Source: Pseudomonadota bacterium | Lineage (GTDB): Bacteria; UBA10199; 2-02-FULL-44-16; JAAZCA01 | Assembly: GCA_043798915.1 (NCBI GenBank) | Contig: JAZDOG010000037.1 | Coordinates: forward strand, 1-48,417 | Direction: 5' to 3' | DNA length: 48,417 nucleotides | Shown: positions 20,500-30,379 of the stretch, piece by piece | Numbering within the stretch: position 1 is the first letter of the stretch | Layout: each line of letters starts with the position of its first letter | The notes under the pieces: generated by a model | What the model was told of the DNA's origin: nothing | The model's input: the letters and a program-made list of their open reading frames with translations, nothing else | Database searches by the model: none | Made by a program: the position numbers and the translations under genes

Positions 20500-22317
20500 T
20501 CAGGTGCGGGACCAATAAGGCAGGCGATATGTCACGGAAAATGTGCGCGACTTCACTTTCATGCTGACTCCGCCGCTGGAAGCCTCAAAGAGGGCTTTCG
20601 CCTCATCTGAACTGATGTTCAGCGGGGTGCTTTCGGGAAATACTCTCATCGCCTCCGACGCTATAGGAGCAGACACCCCTTCATAGTCGCCAGCCGCCGG
20701 CGTACGTTTTTTGGAGTTCTTAAAAGCAATGGAGACCTCAACTTTTCCGCCCTTCTGATTTATATCTTCCCTCTTGATTGTAACTCCAAAATGAAGGCTG
20801 GCCTGCCCTTCCTTGAACTTATATTTTTCTACCAGCTCGACAATCCTCTTTTTATTGTCTTCCCGCAGTTTAGCAAAGGCGCGTTGCACGCATTCCTTAT
20901 CCGATCCGCCGCCACCGTCATCGGTTCTGCCGCCCCCCTTAGGGGAACTCGTGTCGATCTCTACGCGGTCACCGGTCAGCACCTCTTTGGGGCCAACGGC
21001 GCGCAGATCACCTATATGCGCAAGTGCGTGCGGGCTCGAGCTATCCTTGAGCATTTCAGCTCTCCGGCTGTCAGCCGCCGGCGCAGCCACAGCATTCTTG
21101 ACCACCTTTTCTGCTTCATCATCCCGTATGCTCACAGGGGTTCCGCCATAATCAGGAATCAACGCCGCAACCCGTTTTGCTACATCTTCGTGCTGCTTAT
21201 TAATCGCTTCTGTGGGACGGCCGCTGCGAGACGCATCGCCCCGGAGTGCTGCTCCTTTCGGAGGCCGGCTGTCTTCTGCCGGCGGCGCAGTTTTCGGCGA
21301 CTGAGGTGCGGCAGCCAGATTTTCAGACGGAGCAGGTTTCGGCGAAGGCGGAGGTGCGGCCGGTTTCGCAGGCGCGGCTGCAACTGTGACCGGTGTCGCA
21401 GGCGCGGCAAGCCGCGACGCAGCAGACGCTGGTGTCGCTGGCTTTACTACTGGCGCCGGTATCGCTGCTGCGGCTGCTGGCGTTGAAGGATCAACCGGCT
21501 GAGCCGTAACACGCCCTAATTCTTCGCGAGCGCTGGCGAGTGAAGTAGTTATCGGGGATAAACGTCTTGCTACTTCAGGAGCCACCGACGCCTGCCCCGG
21601 TCTCACGGTTGATGTGTGTCCCAAGGGTGCCGCTGCCGGCGCTGATGGTGCTGCCGCTGCGGAAGCTGTAGCTTGGGGATGCGATGCGGCTGGCGCCGTT
21701 GCCCTGTTCGCATGCGCTGGTGCTGCCGGAGTTAGCGGAGGTGTTGCCGGCGGTGTTGCCGGCGGTGTTGCCGGAGTTGGCGGAGGCGTGGCGGTCGGAT
21801 TCCCAGGCGCATTGGGGGGCTTCGGTGCAGCAGCTCCATCCTTCTGTTCTTTGGTGATCGCATCCCTGCCGGCGCGTTTCGCCTCATCGGACCCGTCGCC
21901 GCCGCTCGTGATCGTGATCGAGTTGCCGCCGCCGCCGGAGAATATCCACGGCTGCTGCTGCGTCGGCTGGAAGTGCGGGGCCGGAATGAAACCTCCTATT
22001 GGCTTATTGGGATAGACCATCGACGCGCCCATCATCGGATTGTAGCCCAGCCCCAACTGCGGGAGCTGCCGGATCGAACCGATCGTCTGGCCCACCGGGT
22101 TGAACATGTTCAGAAAGTTGCGCGACTGCATTCCGGTGCCGGTGCCCGGGCCGATCATCGATGAAAGGGACTGATCGGGCGTCGGCCCCAAAGAAAACGG
22201 CGAAGAGGAAGAAGGCATCCAGCCCTGATACGCCGAGGCCCCTCCGCCCCAACCTGCGGACTGGTTGAGATAACTGAGCGTGCTGAGAAACGCTGAATTG
22301 AATCCGATGCTAGCCAA
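20500..22317 (-). CDS. hypothetical low-complexity protein (G/S/P/Q/M/aromatic N-terminus, Pro/Ala linker, possible TonB-C/AgmX-like C-terminal domain)
   Basis: 605-aa ORF; its TTG start overlaps the stop of the upstream gene and follows GGGGGG. Confidence 0.7.
   Translation of the reverse strand: MASIGFNSAFLSTLSYLNQSAGWGGGASAYQGWMPSSSSPFSLGPTPDQSLSSMIGPGTGTGMQSRNFLNMFNPVGQTIGSIRQLPQLGLGYNPMMGASMVYPNKPIGGFIPAPHFQPTQQQPWIFSGGGGNSITITSGGDGSDEAKRAGRDAITKEQKDGAAAPKPPNAPGNPTATPPPTPATPPATPPATPPLTPAAPAHANRATAPAASHPQATASAAAAPSAPAAAPLGHTSTVRPGQASVAPEVARRLSPITTSLASAREELGRVTAQPVDPSTPAAAAAIPAPVVKPATPASAASRLAAPATPVTVAAAPAKPAAPPPSPKPAPSENLAAAPQSPKTAPPAEDSRPPKGAALRGDASRSGRPTEAINKQHEDVAKRVAALIPDYGGTPVSIRDDEAEKVVKNAVAAPAADSRRAEMLKDSSSPHALAHIGDLRAVGPKEVLTGDRVEIDTSSPKGGGRTDDGGGGSDKECVQRAFAKLREDNKKRIVELVEKYKFKEGQASLHFGVTIKREDINQKGGKVEVSIAFKNSKKRTPAAGDYEGVSAPIASEAMRVFPESTPLNISSDEAKALFEASSGGVSMKVKSRTFSVTYRLPYWSRT
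21740..21774. repeat. 12-bp tandem repeat (GGTGTTGCCGGC, ~3 copies) encoding PATP repeats
   Basis: Direct inspection. Confidence 0.8.
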
Positions 22318-23452
22318 TTAGCCCCCCGTACACGGACCGATGAAAGTCCGCGGTCTTGAGCTCGTCCTTCAGATCGCCGACGATCCTGTCGGACAGGCTC
22401 CTGATCTTCCCATCGAGCTCGCGGTCGAAGTTCGCGATCTCGGTGAGCCTCTTCTCCACAAATTTGTTGAAGAGCTGCGCCTTCGATTTTACAGTTTCGA
22501 TGCCGGGCTTCGTCTCGTCGAATTCGCTGTAGACATGAAAATGCGGGTCGGTCTCGGGCAGCTCCGCCTTGGACGATGTCGATTTGACGTCCGCCACCGC
22601 AGCTGCGGCCGTTCCCTTGCCGCTCTCACCGCCTTCGCCTCCGCCCCCGCCCGCAAAACCGCCGAGGAGCGCATTCAATTCCCCGCCGGAGTTGGTGGGC
22701 CTCGCGTACACGCCGCCCGCATCCTTCGACTCGCCGCCCTTCTTCTTCTCGGAGGATTTCTTTACGTCCGCATCTGCCGACCCGGATTTTTCCGGGGCAG
22801 ATGCAACTTCGCCCTTCGTCGTGACGGGTTTTGCCCCTTCAGCGGTCTGGGGCCTGGCCTCTCCGACCTGCCTCTTCTCCTCAGCCGCCGGCTTCTTTGC
22901 GCCGTCATCGTCGAGCGATGTCCCGGAGGATTTTTTCGTAGCCGCGCTCTTCACCGCTGCCTGCTGCTTGGCCGTCGCTGCCTCGCACGCGGCCTGAGGC
23001 ACGAGCATCGCCGCCTGTTGCGGCGCCTGTTTTCCAGGATTTGTATTGGCTGTTTCGCCCTTCTGCGTGACGGCAGCCTGCGTTGCCGCATCGTCGCCCG
23101 ATCTTGCGACGGGCAACCTGTTTTCAAGCTGGCTTAAGGTCTTTGAATCCTGACGCGCCTTGAGGAACTGCTCCGATGCCGCCCCCTCCTGCCGCGCGGC
23201 CTCGGTTTGCGTCTCAACCCTTGGCTTTGTCGCTGTCTCCCGAACATCGCTGCCCGACTTCTGAGTGACCTTGTGGTCGGCAACTGAGGCGGCCTGCGCC
23301 CCAGCGGACTTCTCGGTCAACTGGGAGGCATGCGCCTTCTCGATCGTCTGGGCAGCAAGCCTGCCGTCCTTCTCGGTCATCACCCGCCGCTGATCGGAGA
23401 GCGATTCGGAGACATTCTTTTTCTGCCAGCCTTCTGCGTAGTTGATCGCCAT
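22310..23452 (-). CDS. hypothetical, largely disordered A/K/Q/E/S-rich protein with short helical C-terminus
   Basis: 380-aa ORF with GAGGAG RBS; no signal peptide or TM segment. Confidence 0.8.
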   Translation of the reverse strand: MAINYAEGWQKKNVSESLSDQRRVMTEKDGRLAAQTIEKAHASQLTEKSAGAQAASVADHKVTQKSGSDVRETATKPRVETQTEAARQEGAASEQFLKARQDSKTLSQLENRLPVARSGDDAATQAAVTQKGETANTNPGKQAPQQAAMLVPQAACEAATAKQQAAVKSAATKKSSGTSLDDDGAKKPAAEEKRQVGEARPQTAEGAKPVTTKGEVASAPEKSGSADADVKKSSEKKKGGESKDAGGVYARPTNSGGELNALLGGFAGGGGGEGGESGKGTAAAAVADVKSTSSKAELPETDPHFHVYSEFDETKPGIETVKSKAQLFNKFVEKRLTEIANFDRELDGKIRSLSDRIVGDLKDELKTADFHRSVYGGLIG

Positions 23453-23496
23453 CCTGGGACTCCTCTCACCACCTTAGATATCAGCACCATTAAAAC

Positions 23497-23509
23497 CAAC
23501 CAGTTGATA
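23497..23509 (-). promoter_or_regulatory. IHF binding site (downstream of sigma54 promoter)
   Basis: TATCAACTGGTTG matches WATCAANNNNTTR exactly. Confidence 0.6.
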
Positions 23510-23566
23510 TCCCTATGTTTAACTCCAAAAGCCACCCATCCATGGGCCGGCCTCGGCCCTTATTAA

Positions 23567-23583
23567 TGCAAGCCGCGGGCCAA
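23567..23583 (-). promoter_or_regulatory. sigma54 (-24/-12) promoter
   Basis: TTGGCCCGCGGCTTGCA has GG-N10-GC with canonical TGGC and TTGC elements, oriented toward the 23452 gene. Confidence 0.8.
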
Positions 23584-23621
23584 GACGGATAACCGGCAGG
23601 GGCCCAAGGCCCACCCCCATT

Positions 23622-23634
23622 TAATTAGTTGATT
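23622..23634 (-). promoter_or_regulatory. IHF binding site upstream of sigma54 promoter
   Basis: AATCAACTAATTA matches WATCAANNNNTTR, ~40-50 bp upstream of the -24 element. Confidence 0.7.
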
Positions 23635-23787
23635 TTAATGCCGATTTAGACTAAACGAAGATTACAATCACGCCAGAAATCACGTCAGACGGAGCAAATT
23701 TATGCCCACAGTGGGGTCGATACAGCCCAACAAGTCGAGACAGATGGGGACTCACCACCCCGCGGCGCCGCTGCCGGTATAAAATTA

Positions 23788-23820
23788 TTCACACACCTTT
23801 TTTGTTTTCCTGACGATAAT
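23788..23820 (+). promoter_or_regulatory. sigma28-like promoter motif, copy 3 (degenerate)
   Basis: TTCACACACCTTTTT-tgttttcct-GACGATAAT, same spacing as copies 1 and 2. Confidence 0.55.
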
Positions 23821-23859
23821 AGATGTGACGGCTCAAACTGCAGCCGAAGGAGCGTTAAA

Positions 23860-24360
23860 ATGACAGCAAAAACAACAATCAAACCTCAGATGACGACGGT
23901 GGAGGCAACGGCCCGGGTCTTCGAGTTCATGGCAAGCCGGGACCGCTCCATAATTTCCGATCAGGATGTCAGCGACAAAGATAACGAATGCGAGACAATC
24001 GCCAAAGAAGTGCAAGATGCCTATTCCAATTCCCGCAGCAAAGTGGAAAAACTGACCTGGCTTCTTGTCGAATGTAACAGATTGCTCAGCAAAAAGAGAG
24101 ACGCCAATCTCCTGCCTCACGCGGTGGCCAGATTTGCGGTGGCCTCGCAGAACACAAAGAACGTCAGGGAAGTTTCAGATGAGGAACTGGGCAAGGCAAA
24201 GGATATTGCCCTGGAAGTGTTCCATCGCTTGCCGAAATTCGTACCGGATGCCGAGAAGAAACCGGCGGCCGAGCTAGCCAAATATTTCGAAACGATGGCA
24301 GCAGGATTGGAGATGTTTTATTTTTCCCGCGAAGTGAATCCGACTCTCGTGGAGAAATGA
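23860..24360 (+). CDS. hypothetical helical protein (166 aa)
   Basis: AAGGAG RBS; fills the intergenic gap; no recognisable motif. Confidence 0.75.
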   Translation: MTAKTTIKPQMTTVEATARVFEFMASRDRSIISDQDVSDKDNECETIAKEVQDAYSNSRSKVEKLTWLLVECNRLLSKKRDANLLPHAVARFAVASQNTKNVREVSDEELGKAKDIALEVFHRLPKFVPDAEKKPAAELAKYFETMAAGLEMFYFSREVNPTLVEK

Positions 24361-24364
24361 CTGA

Positions 24365-25327
24365 TCAGGAGAATGCCGCAGCTACGACCGCCTCCACCCT
24401 CTTCTTCACCTCATCGATCGTGCCCTTGATCTGAAAGCCGGCAGCGCGCGCGTGGCCGCCTCCGCCGAAACCGCGCGAGATCGCCGCAACGTCGACCACA
24501 TCCTTCGAACGCATGCTCACCTTCACCTTCCCATCGCCCAGCTCGCGGAAGAGCGCCGATATCTCGACGCCTTCGATCGAGCGGGGGAATACCGCGAATT
24601 CATCCGATAGTTCCATCGTGGCGCCGGAGGCGCGAAGCATCTCCTGTGTGACATCCATCGTGGCGTAACTGCCGCCCTGGGCCACAACAAGGCTCGCCAG
24701 CGACGCACCCAGAAGCCTCATCCTGGCGATGGAGCACGATTCCTCGAGGTTCTTCGCAACGACCCACGGCTCCGCCCCGGCGCCGACGAGCTCAGCAGCA
24801 AGCGCGAGCACGCCGGCATTCGTGTTCGAATATTTGAAGAAACCGGTGTCGACGACGAGCGTCGTGTAGATGCACTGCGCGATCTTCGCGTCGATCGCCA
24901 TGCGCGCGCGCTTCATGATCCTCATGACCACCTCGCCGGTCGAGGCGGCCTCGCTGTCGACTAACTTTGAATCAGCCTCAGGCTTCTCGAGGAGGTGATG
25001 ATCAACGCAGGCCACCTTGCCAAGCCCCGCGAACGACGCGAACTCGTCCGAGATGCGCTTTCGCTGCGCGCAGTCGACCATGACGGAGATGTCGAAGGCC
25101 TTGCCGCCAGGCAGGCGCGAGACAATTTTTTCCGAACCGGGAAGAAATGAGAGCGAAGGCATAACGCCATCGCGGTTGTAGAGCGTGACCTCCTTGCCCA
25201 TGCCCTCGAGCAGCATGCCCATTGCGAGCGTCGAACCGATGCCATCGCCATCCGGATTATAGTGGGAGGCGATGAGGAAGCTCTTCCCCCCGCGAAGGCA
25301 ATCGATGAATGCGTCGTATTCGTTCAT
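24365..25327 (-). CDS. nrnA: DHH/DHHA1 phosphoesterase (NrnA-like)
   Basis: SHYNPDGDGIGS, VDHH, DTGFF, GGGGHARAAG; located after rbfA. Confidence 0.92.
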   Translation of the reverse strand: MNEYDAFIDCLRGGKSFLIASHYNPDGDGIGSTLAMGMLLEGMGKEVTLYNRDGVMPSLSFLPGSEKIVSRLPGGKAFDISVMVDCAQRKRISDEFASFAGLGKVACVDHHLLEKPEADSKLVDSEAASTGEVVMRIMKRARMAIDAKIAQCIYTTLVVDTGFFKYSNTNAGVLALAAELVGAGAEPWVVAKNLEESCSIARMRLLGASLASLVVAQGGSYATMDVTQEMLRASGATMELSDEFAVFPRSIEGVEISALFRELGDGKVKVSMRSKDVVDVAAISRGFGGGGHARAAGFQIKGTIDEVKKRVEAVVAAAFS

Positions 25328-25339
25328 TGCTTACCCCCG

Positions 25340-25690
25340 TCATTTGCCGGCCACGGATATCAAGAGCTCGTCGATTCGCTCGCCAGTGTCGACCCCCTCG
25401 TCGTAGAAGAACTCGAGCTCGGGCATGAATTTGAGTTTGACATCCTCGCCGATCCTGCGCTTGAGAAAACCCTTGGCGCTATCAAACCCCTTCTTCGCCA
25501 GATCGCGCTTCGAGGCGTCGGCCACGTGAAAGCATATCCTTGCGATGCGCAGATCTTTCGTGATGCTCACGCGCGTGATCCTAGCGCCAGCAAGGCGCGG
25601 ATCGATAAGCTCGCCCGACGCCTCGGCGACGACCCGAAAGATGGCGTCCGCCACGCGTTCGGAGCGGTCGTATGGAAGGTGTTTGTGCAC
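25340..25690 (-). CDS. rbfA: ribosome-binding factor A
   Basis: R.ERVA, DPRL..ITRV.ITKDLR.A, PELEFFYD; follows infB. Confidence 0.93.
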   Translation of the reverse strand: MHKHLPYDRSERVADAIFRVVAEASGELIDPRLAGARITRVSITKDLRIARICFHVADASKRDLAKKGFDSAKGFLKRRIGEDVKLKFMPELEFFYDEGVDTGERIDELLISVAGK

Positions 25691-28083
25691 TACAGCCTGG
25701 CCGCCGTCTTTTCTATTATGTATGCCTCGATGGCATCACCCTGCTTGATGTCGCCAAATTTCTCGATTCCGATGCCGCACTCGTAGCCCTCGGCAACCTC
25801 GCGAGCGTCGTCCTTGAACCGCTTGAGGGATGAAATCGTCCCTTCGAAGACAATGGCCTGATCGCGGATAAGGCGCACCCTGGCGTTTCGCTGTATCTTT
25901 CCTGAGGAAACCTGGCAGCCAGCGATGGCGCCGACCTTCGACACCCTGAAGACCTCCTTGACCTCCGCGCGCCCGAGCCAGACCTCTTTCTCATTCGGCG
26001 CGAGCAGGCCTTCCATCGCCTTTTTCACCTCGTCGATCATCTCGTAGATGATCCGGTAGCTGTGCACGTCCACGCCTTCGCGCCCTGCGGCCTCCTTCGC
26101 CATGCCGTCGGGCATGACGTTGAAGCCGAAGACAACCGCGTCCGACGCCGAGGCGAGCATGACATCGTTCTCGGTGATTCCACCGACGCCGGAATGCAGG
26201 ATGGTGAGCTTCACCTGGTCCGTCGAAAGCTTGATGAGGGCGTCGGAAACCGCATCGAGCGAACCCTGCACGTCCACCTTGAGTATTATGTTGAGTTCCT
26301 TCGTCTCGCTCACCGCGAGCCTTGCGGCGAGGTCCTCGAGGGAGACATGGATCGGGCCGGTGAGCTGGCGCGTGCGCTCTTTGTCGCGCCGCTGCTCGGC
26401 GATAAACTTGGCGCCCCGTTCGTCCGTGACGCCGATCATCTCATCGCCGGCCGATGGGACGCCGGAGAGGCCGAGTATCTCGGCCGGCTTCGAAGGCCCG
26501 GCCTCATCTATCGGCTGGCCCGCCGCATCGAACATCGCGCGAACCTTGCCGTCATATGTGCCGCAGACGACATAGTTGCCGACTTTGAGCGTCCCTTCCT
26601 GAACGAGGACCGTGGCCACCGGGCCGCGCCCGCGATCGAGCCTTGATTCGATGACGAGCCCCTTCGGGCGGAGCGTCGGATCTGCCGTGAGTTCCAGAAC
26701 CTCCGCCTGGAGCAGGATCATCTCGAGGAGATGGTCTATTCCCTCGCCCGTCTTCGCGGAGGTCAGCACACAGATGGTGTCGCCGCCCCAGTCTTCGGGA
26801 ACGAGCCCCTGCTCTGAAAGGCCCTTCTTCACCCGATCCGGCAGAGCATTGCTCTTGTCGATCTTGTTTATCGCGACGACGATCGGGACCTCCGCGGCCC
26901 TGGCATGATCTATCGCCTCGACCGTCTGCGGCATGATGCCGTCGTCCGCTGCGACCACCAAAACCACGATGTCGGTCGCCTGTGCGCCGCGCGCGCGCAT
27001 CGTCGTGAATGCCGCGTGGCCCGGCGTGTCGAGGAATGTGAGTTTTCCCTTCGGGACCTCTACCTCATACGCGCCGATGTGCTGGGTGATACCGCCTGCC
27101 TCGCCGGCCGCAACCTTCGTCTTGCGGATCACGTCGAGGATCGATGTCTTGCCGTGGTCGACGTGCCCCATCACCGTGACGACCGGCGCGCGATGCGCCT
27201 GGTTCTCGACCGACACCTTCGCGGCCGGTTCGACCAGGACATCCTCTTCCTTGAACGCGGTGTGCTCGACGGTGAAGCCGAACTCGCCGGCTATGAGGGA
27301 TGCCGTCTCCACGTCTATCTGCTGGTTGATGGTCGCCATGATGCCGAGGGCCATGAGCTTCTGGATGATGTCGCTGGCCTTGATGCCGACCGACTGCGAG
27401 AGCCCGCTGACTGAAATTCCATCTTCTATCCGGATGACCTTCTTGATCGCCTTCGGGGCGGTGATGACCGTCTTTTTGAACTCCCGCGACCGCGCCTTGC
27501 GGCGGCGGCCGGACGGGACTGGCTGAAAGACGCGCTCGCCTACGGCTGCAACGCTCGCCGCCTCTGCCTCTGCCGGCACGACGGTATCTTCCAGCGCCTG
27601 GCCGGCGTACTGCCTCAAACCCCCGGCCTTCTGGATCGCCTCCAGCTCGAGCTCGGCTTGGCTTTTGCGGCGCTTGGGGCCGCGCTTCAAGCGGTCGCGC
27701 CAGTCTTCCTTCACCTTGCTGATCATGGGCCCGGGGGCGCCAAGATTGATGTATCCCACCACGCCGATCTTGCGTTCAGCCACCGTGGGCTTTCCAGGCT
27801 TGGATTCGCCCGGCACAGGTGCGCCGGCAGGCTGGGTTGCTGCAGCAGCCGAAGCAGCAGCGGCGGCAGCAGCTGCAACAGTTGCAGAGGAAGGAGCTGC
27901 TTCCGTAGCTGCTTGGGCAGCTGCAGGAACAGCGGAAGCTCCACCAGCCTCTTCAGGCGCTGCCTCTGAAGGCGGCGGGGCTTCCTCCACCTTCTTTGCG
28001 CGGCGGCGGATGACGGTCGGTTTGACGCGCTGCTCCAGTACGCTCGCCTTTGTCTCTGCAACCTTTTCGGTTTCCTGAACCAT
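25690..28083 (-). CDS. infB: translation initiation factor IF-2
   Basis: [32 protein letters not shown]...GYECGI. Confidence 0.98.
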   Translation of the reverse strand: MVQETEKVAETKASVLEQRVKPTVIRRRAKKVEEAPPPSEAAPEEAGGASAVPAAAQAATEAAPSSATVAAAAAAAASAAAATQPAGAPVPGESKPGKPTVAERKIGVVGYINLGAPGPMISKVKEDWRDRLKRGPKRRKSQAELELEAIQKAGGLRQYAGQALEDTVVPAEAEAASVAAVGERVFQPVPSGRRRKARSREFKKTVITAPKAIKKVIRIEDGISVSGLSQSVGIKASDIIQKLMALGIMATINQQIDVETASLIAGEFGFTVEHTAFKEEDVLVEPAAKVSVENQAHRAPVVTVMGHVDHGKTSILDVIRKTKVAAGEAGGITQHIGAYEVEVPKGKLTFLDTPGHAAFTTMRARGAQATDIVVLVVAADDGIMPQTVEAIDHARAAEVPIVVAINKIDKSNALPDRVKKGLSEQGLVPEDWGGDTICVLTSAKTGEGIDHLLEMILLQAEVLELTADPTLRPKGLVIESRLDRGRGPVATVLVQEGTLKVGNYVVCGTYDGKVRAMFDAAGQPIDEAGPSKPAEILGLSGVPSAGDEMIGVTDERGAKFIAEQRRDKERTRQLTGPIHVSLEDLAARLAVSETKELNIILKVDVQGSLDAVSDALIKLSTDQVKLTILHSGVGGITENDVMLASASDAVVFGFNVMPDGMAKEAAGREGVDVHSYRIIYEMIDEVKKAMEGLLAPNEKEVWLGRAEVKEVFRVSKVGAIAGCQVSSGKIQRNARVRLIRDQAIVFEGTISSLKRFKDDAREVAEGYECGIGIEKFGDIKQGDAIEAYIIEKTAARL

Positions 28084-28126
28084 TATTTACCTCTGCATGG
28101 GTGCTGATAGCTATCAGCTCAAGACA

Positions 28127-29617
28127 TCAACTGCCAGACTTTTCGTCAGTTCCGGACAGCGGCTCCGGGGAATCCACGCCCTCTCCGAGGGTGACTTCCC
28201 CCCCGGTGACGGTCTCGCCGGTCGCCGCTTCAGCCGCAGCGGCCGCCTCCTCTGCCGCCTTTGCATCTTCAACGGCCTTCGCCTCGGCGGCAGCGGCTGC
28301 TGCGATAGCTGCCCTCTGGCGCGCCTCTTCCTCCTCCTGCCTGATGATCTCGCCTACCATCCGCTGTGTGCTCTTGCCCTCGGCCACGGCCTCCTTGGCC
28401 CTGGCTTGAATCTCCGTCAGCGCCGCCTCGCCCACACCGGGGACCTGGCTGAACTCCTCGAACGCCGCGGCTGCGATATCCTCGAAGCTGCGGAACGAGT
28501 GCGAGTAGAGCATCATGGCGTTGCTGTCGTCCACGCCCAGGACCTCTGCCAGGACGCGGCGCGCGCGCGATGCCACCTGATCTATCTTGGTTTCGCTGAA
28601 GACGTCGATATTCCATCCGGTGAGCTGCGCGGCGAGCCGGACGTTCTGCCCGCGCCGCCCGATGGCCAGCGAGAGCTGATCATCCGGAACCACCACCTCC
28701 ATCGCGTGCTCCCTCTCGCGGATGATCACCTTGGCGACCTCCGCCGGGGCGAGCGCATTGCAGACGAAGCGCGCGGGATCGCTGTCCCAGGCAACGATGT
28801 CTATCTTCTCGCCCTTGAGCTCGCCGACCACGCTCTGCACGCGGGAGCCCTTCATGCCGACGCATGCGCCGACCGGATCGACGTCCGAATCGCGCGAGAC
28901 CACCGCGATCTTCGAGCGCACGCCCGGCTCGCGGGCGGCGGCGCGTATCTCGACTATGCCCTCGGCGATCTCCGGGACCTCCATCGTGAAGAGGCTGATC
29001 AGAAGGCCGATGTTTCGGCGCGAGAGGACGATCGCCGGTCCGCGGCCCTCTCTGTCGATGCGAAGGAAGAAGCCCAGAAGCCTCTCGCCCGCGCGGTAGC
29101 TCTCGGATGAAATCTGCTCCTGCTTTGGCACCACAGCCTCCGCGCGGCCGAGGTCGACAACCATGTCTCCCTTTTCGAAACGTCGGACGATCCCGGTTAT
29201 GAGCTCGCCCAGCCTGTCTTTGAATTCCTCGTAGATGATCGTGCGCTCCGCTTCGCGCACCTTCTGGATGATGACCTGTTTGGCCGTCTGCGCGGCGATC
29301 CGGCCGAAGACCGACGGGTCCATCTTGACGCCGATGCTGTCGCCGAGCTCAGCCTCCGAATCGAGCTCACGCGCTTCTTTGAAGGAGAGCTCGAGGTTTT
29401 CGTTCTCGACATTCTCGACCGCAGTCTTGAACTGGAAGAGTTCGATCTCGCCGTTCTCATCGTTGAAGTGCGCCTCGAGGTCGCCCAGGTGCCCCCACTT
29501 CCTTCGCGCCGCAGTGAGGAAGGCCGCCTCGATCGCCTCGATGAGCATCTCTCTTGGTATGCCGCGGTCCTTGCTCACCTGCTCGAGCACGCGGTTCAAA
29601 TCCTGAAACAGTGCCAT
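28127..29617 (-). CDS. nusA: transcription termination/antitermination factor NusA
   Basis: FGRIAAQTAKQVI, VGACVGMKGSRV, LSLAIGRRGQNVRLA. Confidence 0.98.
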   Translation of the reverse strand: MALFQDLNRVLEQVSKDRGIPREMLIEAIEAAFLTAARRKWGHLGDLEAHFNDENGEIELFQFKTAVENVENENLELSFKEARELDSEAELGDSIGVKMDPSVFGRIAAQTAKQVIIQKVREAERTIIYEEFKDRLGELITGIVRRFEKGDMVVDLGRAEAVVPKQEQISSESYRAGERLLGFFLRIDREGRGPAIVLSRRNIGLLISLFTMEVPEIAEGIVEIRAAAREPGVRSKIAVVSRDSDVDPVGACVGMKGSRVQSVVGELKGEKIDIVAWDSDPARFVCNALAPAEVAKVIIREREHAMEVVVPDDQLSLAIGRRGQNVRLAAQLTGWNIDVFSETKIDQVASRARRVLAEVLGVDDSNAMMLYSHSFRSFEDIAAAAFEEFSQVPGVGEAALTEIQARAKEAVAEGKSTQRMVGEIIRQEEEEARQRAAIAAAAAAEAKAVEDAKAAEEAAAAAEAATGETVTGGEVTLGEGVDSPEPLSGTDEKSGS

Positions 29618-29687
29618 GCTGAATCCTCCTTAAATTTTGCGCCAGCAAAATTTCCCGATACACGTAAACGATACACGGTTTTTATTA

Positions 29688-30173
29688 TCAGTTTTTCCGC
29701 TCCCTCGGCGGAATTTTCTCTTCTTCGATCCTCGCCTTCGCCAGCTCCGAATATGGCACGCGGTAGCGCGTGCCGTCTATTTCCATGATGATGTGCTCGC
29801 CATCCAGACCCTCGAGCGTCCCCTTGAAGTTTCCGCGACCATCGATCTGGCCCAGCGTCTTCAAACGAATCCTCGCACCGCGATATTTCTCGAAATCCTT
29901 CCGCCGCCTCAAAGGGCGATTGATCCCGGGCGAGCTCATCTCGAGCGTGTAGGATGCAGGGATGGCCTCCTCCACCGCGATCAGGTCCTCTATGCCATGC
30001 GAGGCCCTCTCACAGTCGTCGATCGTGACCCCGCCCTCCCTGTCGATATAGAGGCGCAACACCCAGCGACCGGATTCCAGTATGAGTTCGCGCTCGATCA
30101 GCTCATAGCCCAGATTCTCCAAAACAGGGCTTACGAGCTCTTCTACCCTCTTCAATGTGGCCTGAATATCCAT
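29688..30173 (-). CDS. rimP: ribosome maturation factor RimP
   Basis: LRLYID..GGVTIDDCE, YTLEMSSPGINRPL. Confidence 0.96.
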   Translation of the reverse strand: MDIQATLKRVEELVSPVLENLGYELIERELILESGRWVLRLYIDREGGVTIDDCERASHGIEDLIAVEEAIPASYTLEMSSPGINRPLRRRKDFEKYRGARIRLKTLGQIDGRGNFKGTLEGLDGEHIIMEIDGTRYRVPYSELAKARIEEEKIPPRERKN

Positions 30174-30201
30174 ACATGAACCCGCTGCTCAACGGCTGCG
30201 T

Positions 30202-30230
30202 AATAAAAAATGGGCCCGACAGGCCCACTT
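30202..30230 (-). terminator. rimP-leader hairpin / attenuator-like terminator
   Basis: Minus strand AAGTGGGCC-TGTCG-GGCCCATTTTTTATT, between a TTGCGC-N16-TATAGT promoter and the rimP start. Confidence 0.65.
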
Positions 30231-30379
30231 CTAAAGAACAGACAAATTCTGCAAAAGCGATCGCACTATATACAAAAAGCACTGGGGCGCAAGGATAATC
30301 TTATCCGTAAAAAAAACTTGCGATGCGAGCCGAGGTCGATAATAAAAGGACCGCTGTCTGCTGATCATAAGGAGAAACC

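Noticed and set aside
27830..27970. GCA/GCT-rich repetitive tract in infB
   Set aside because: Encodes the ordinary variable Ala-rich IF-2 N-terminal linker.
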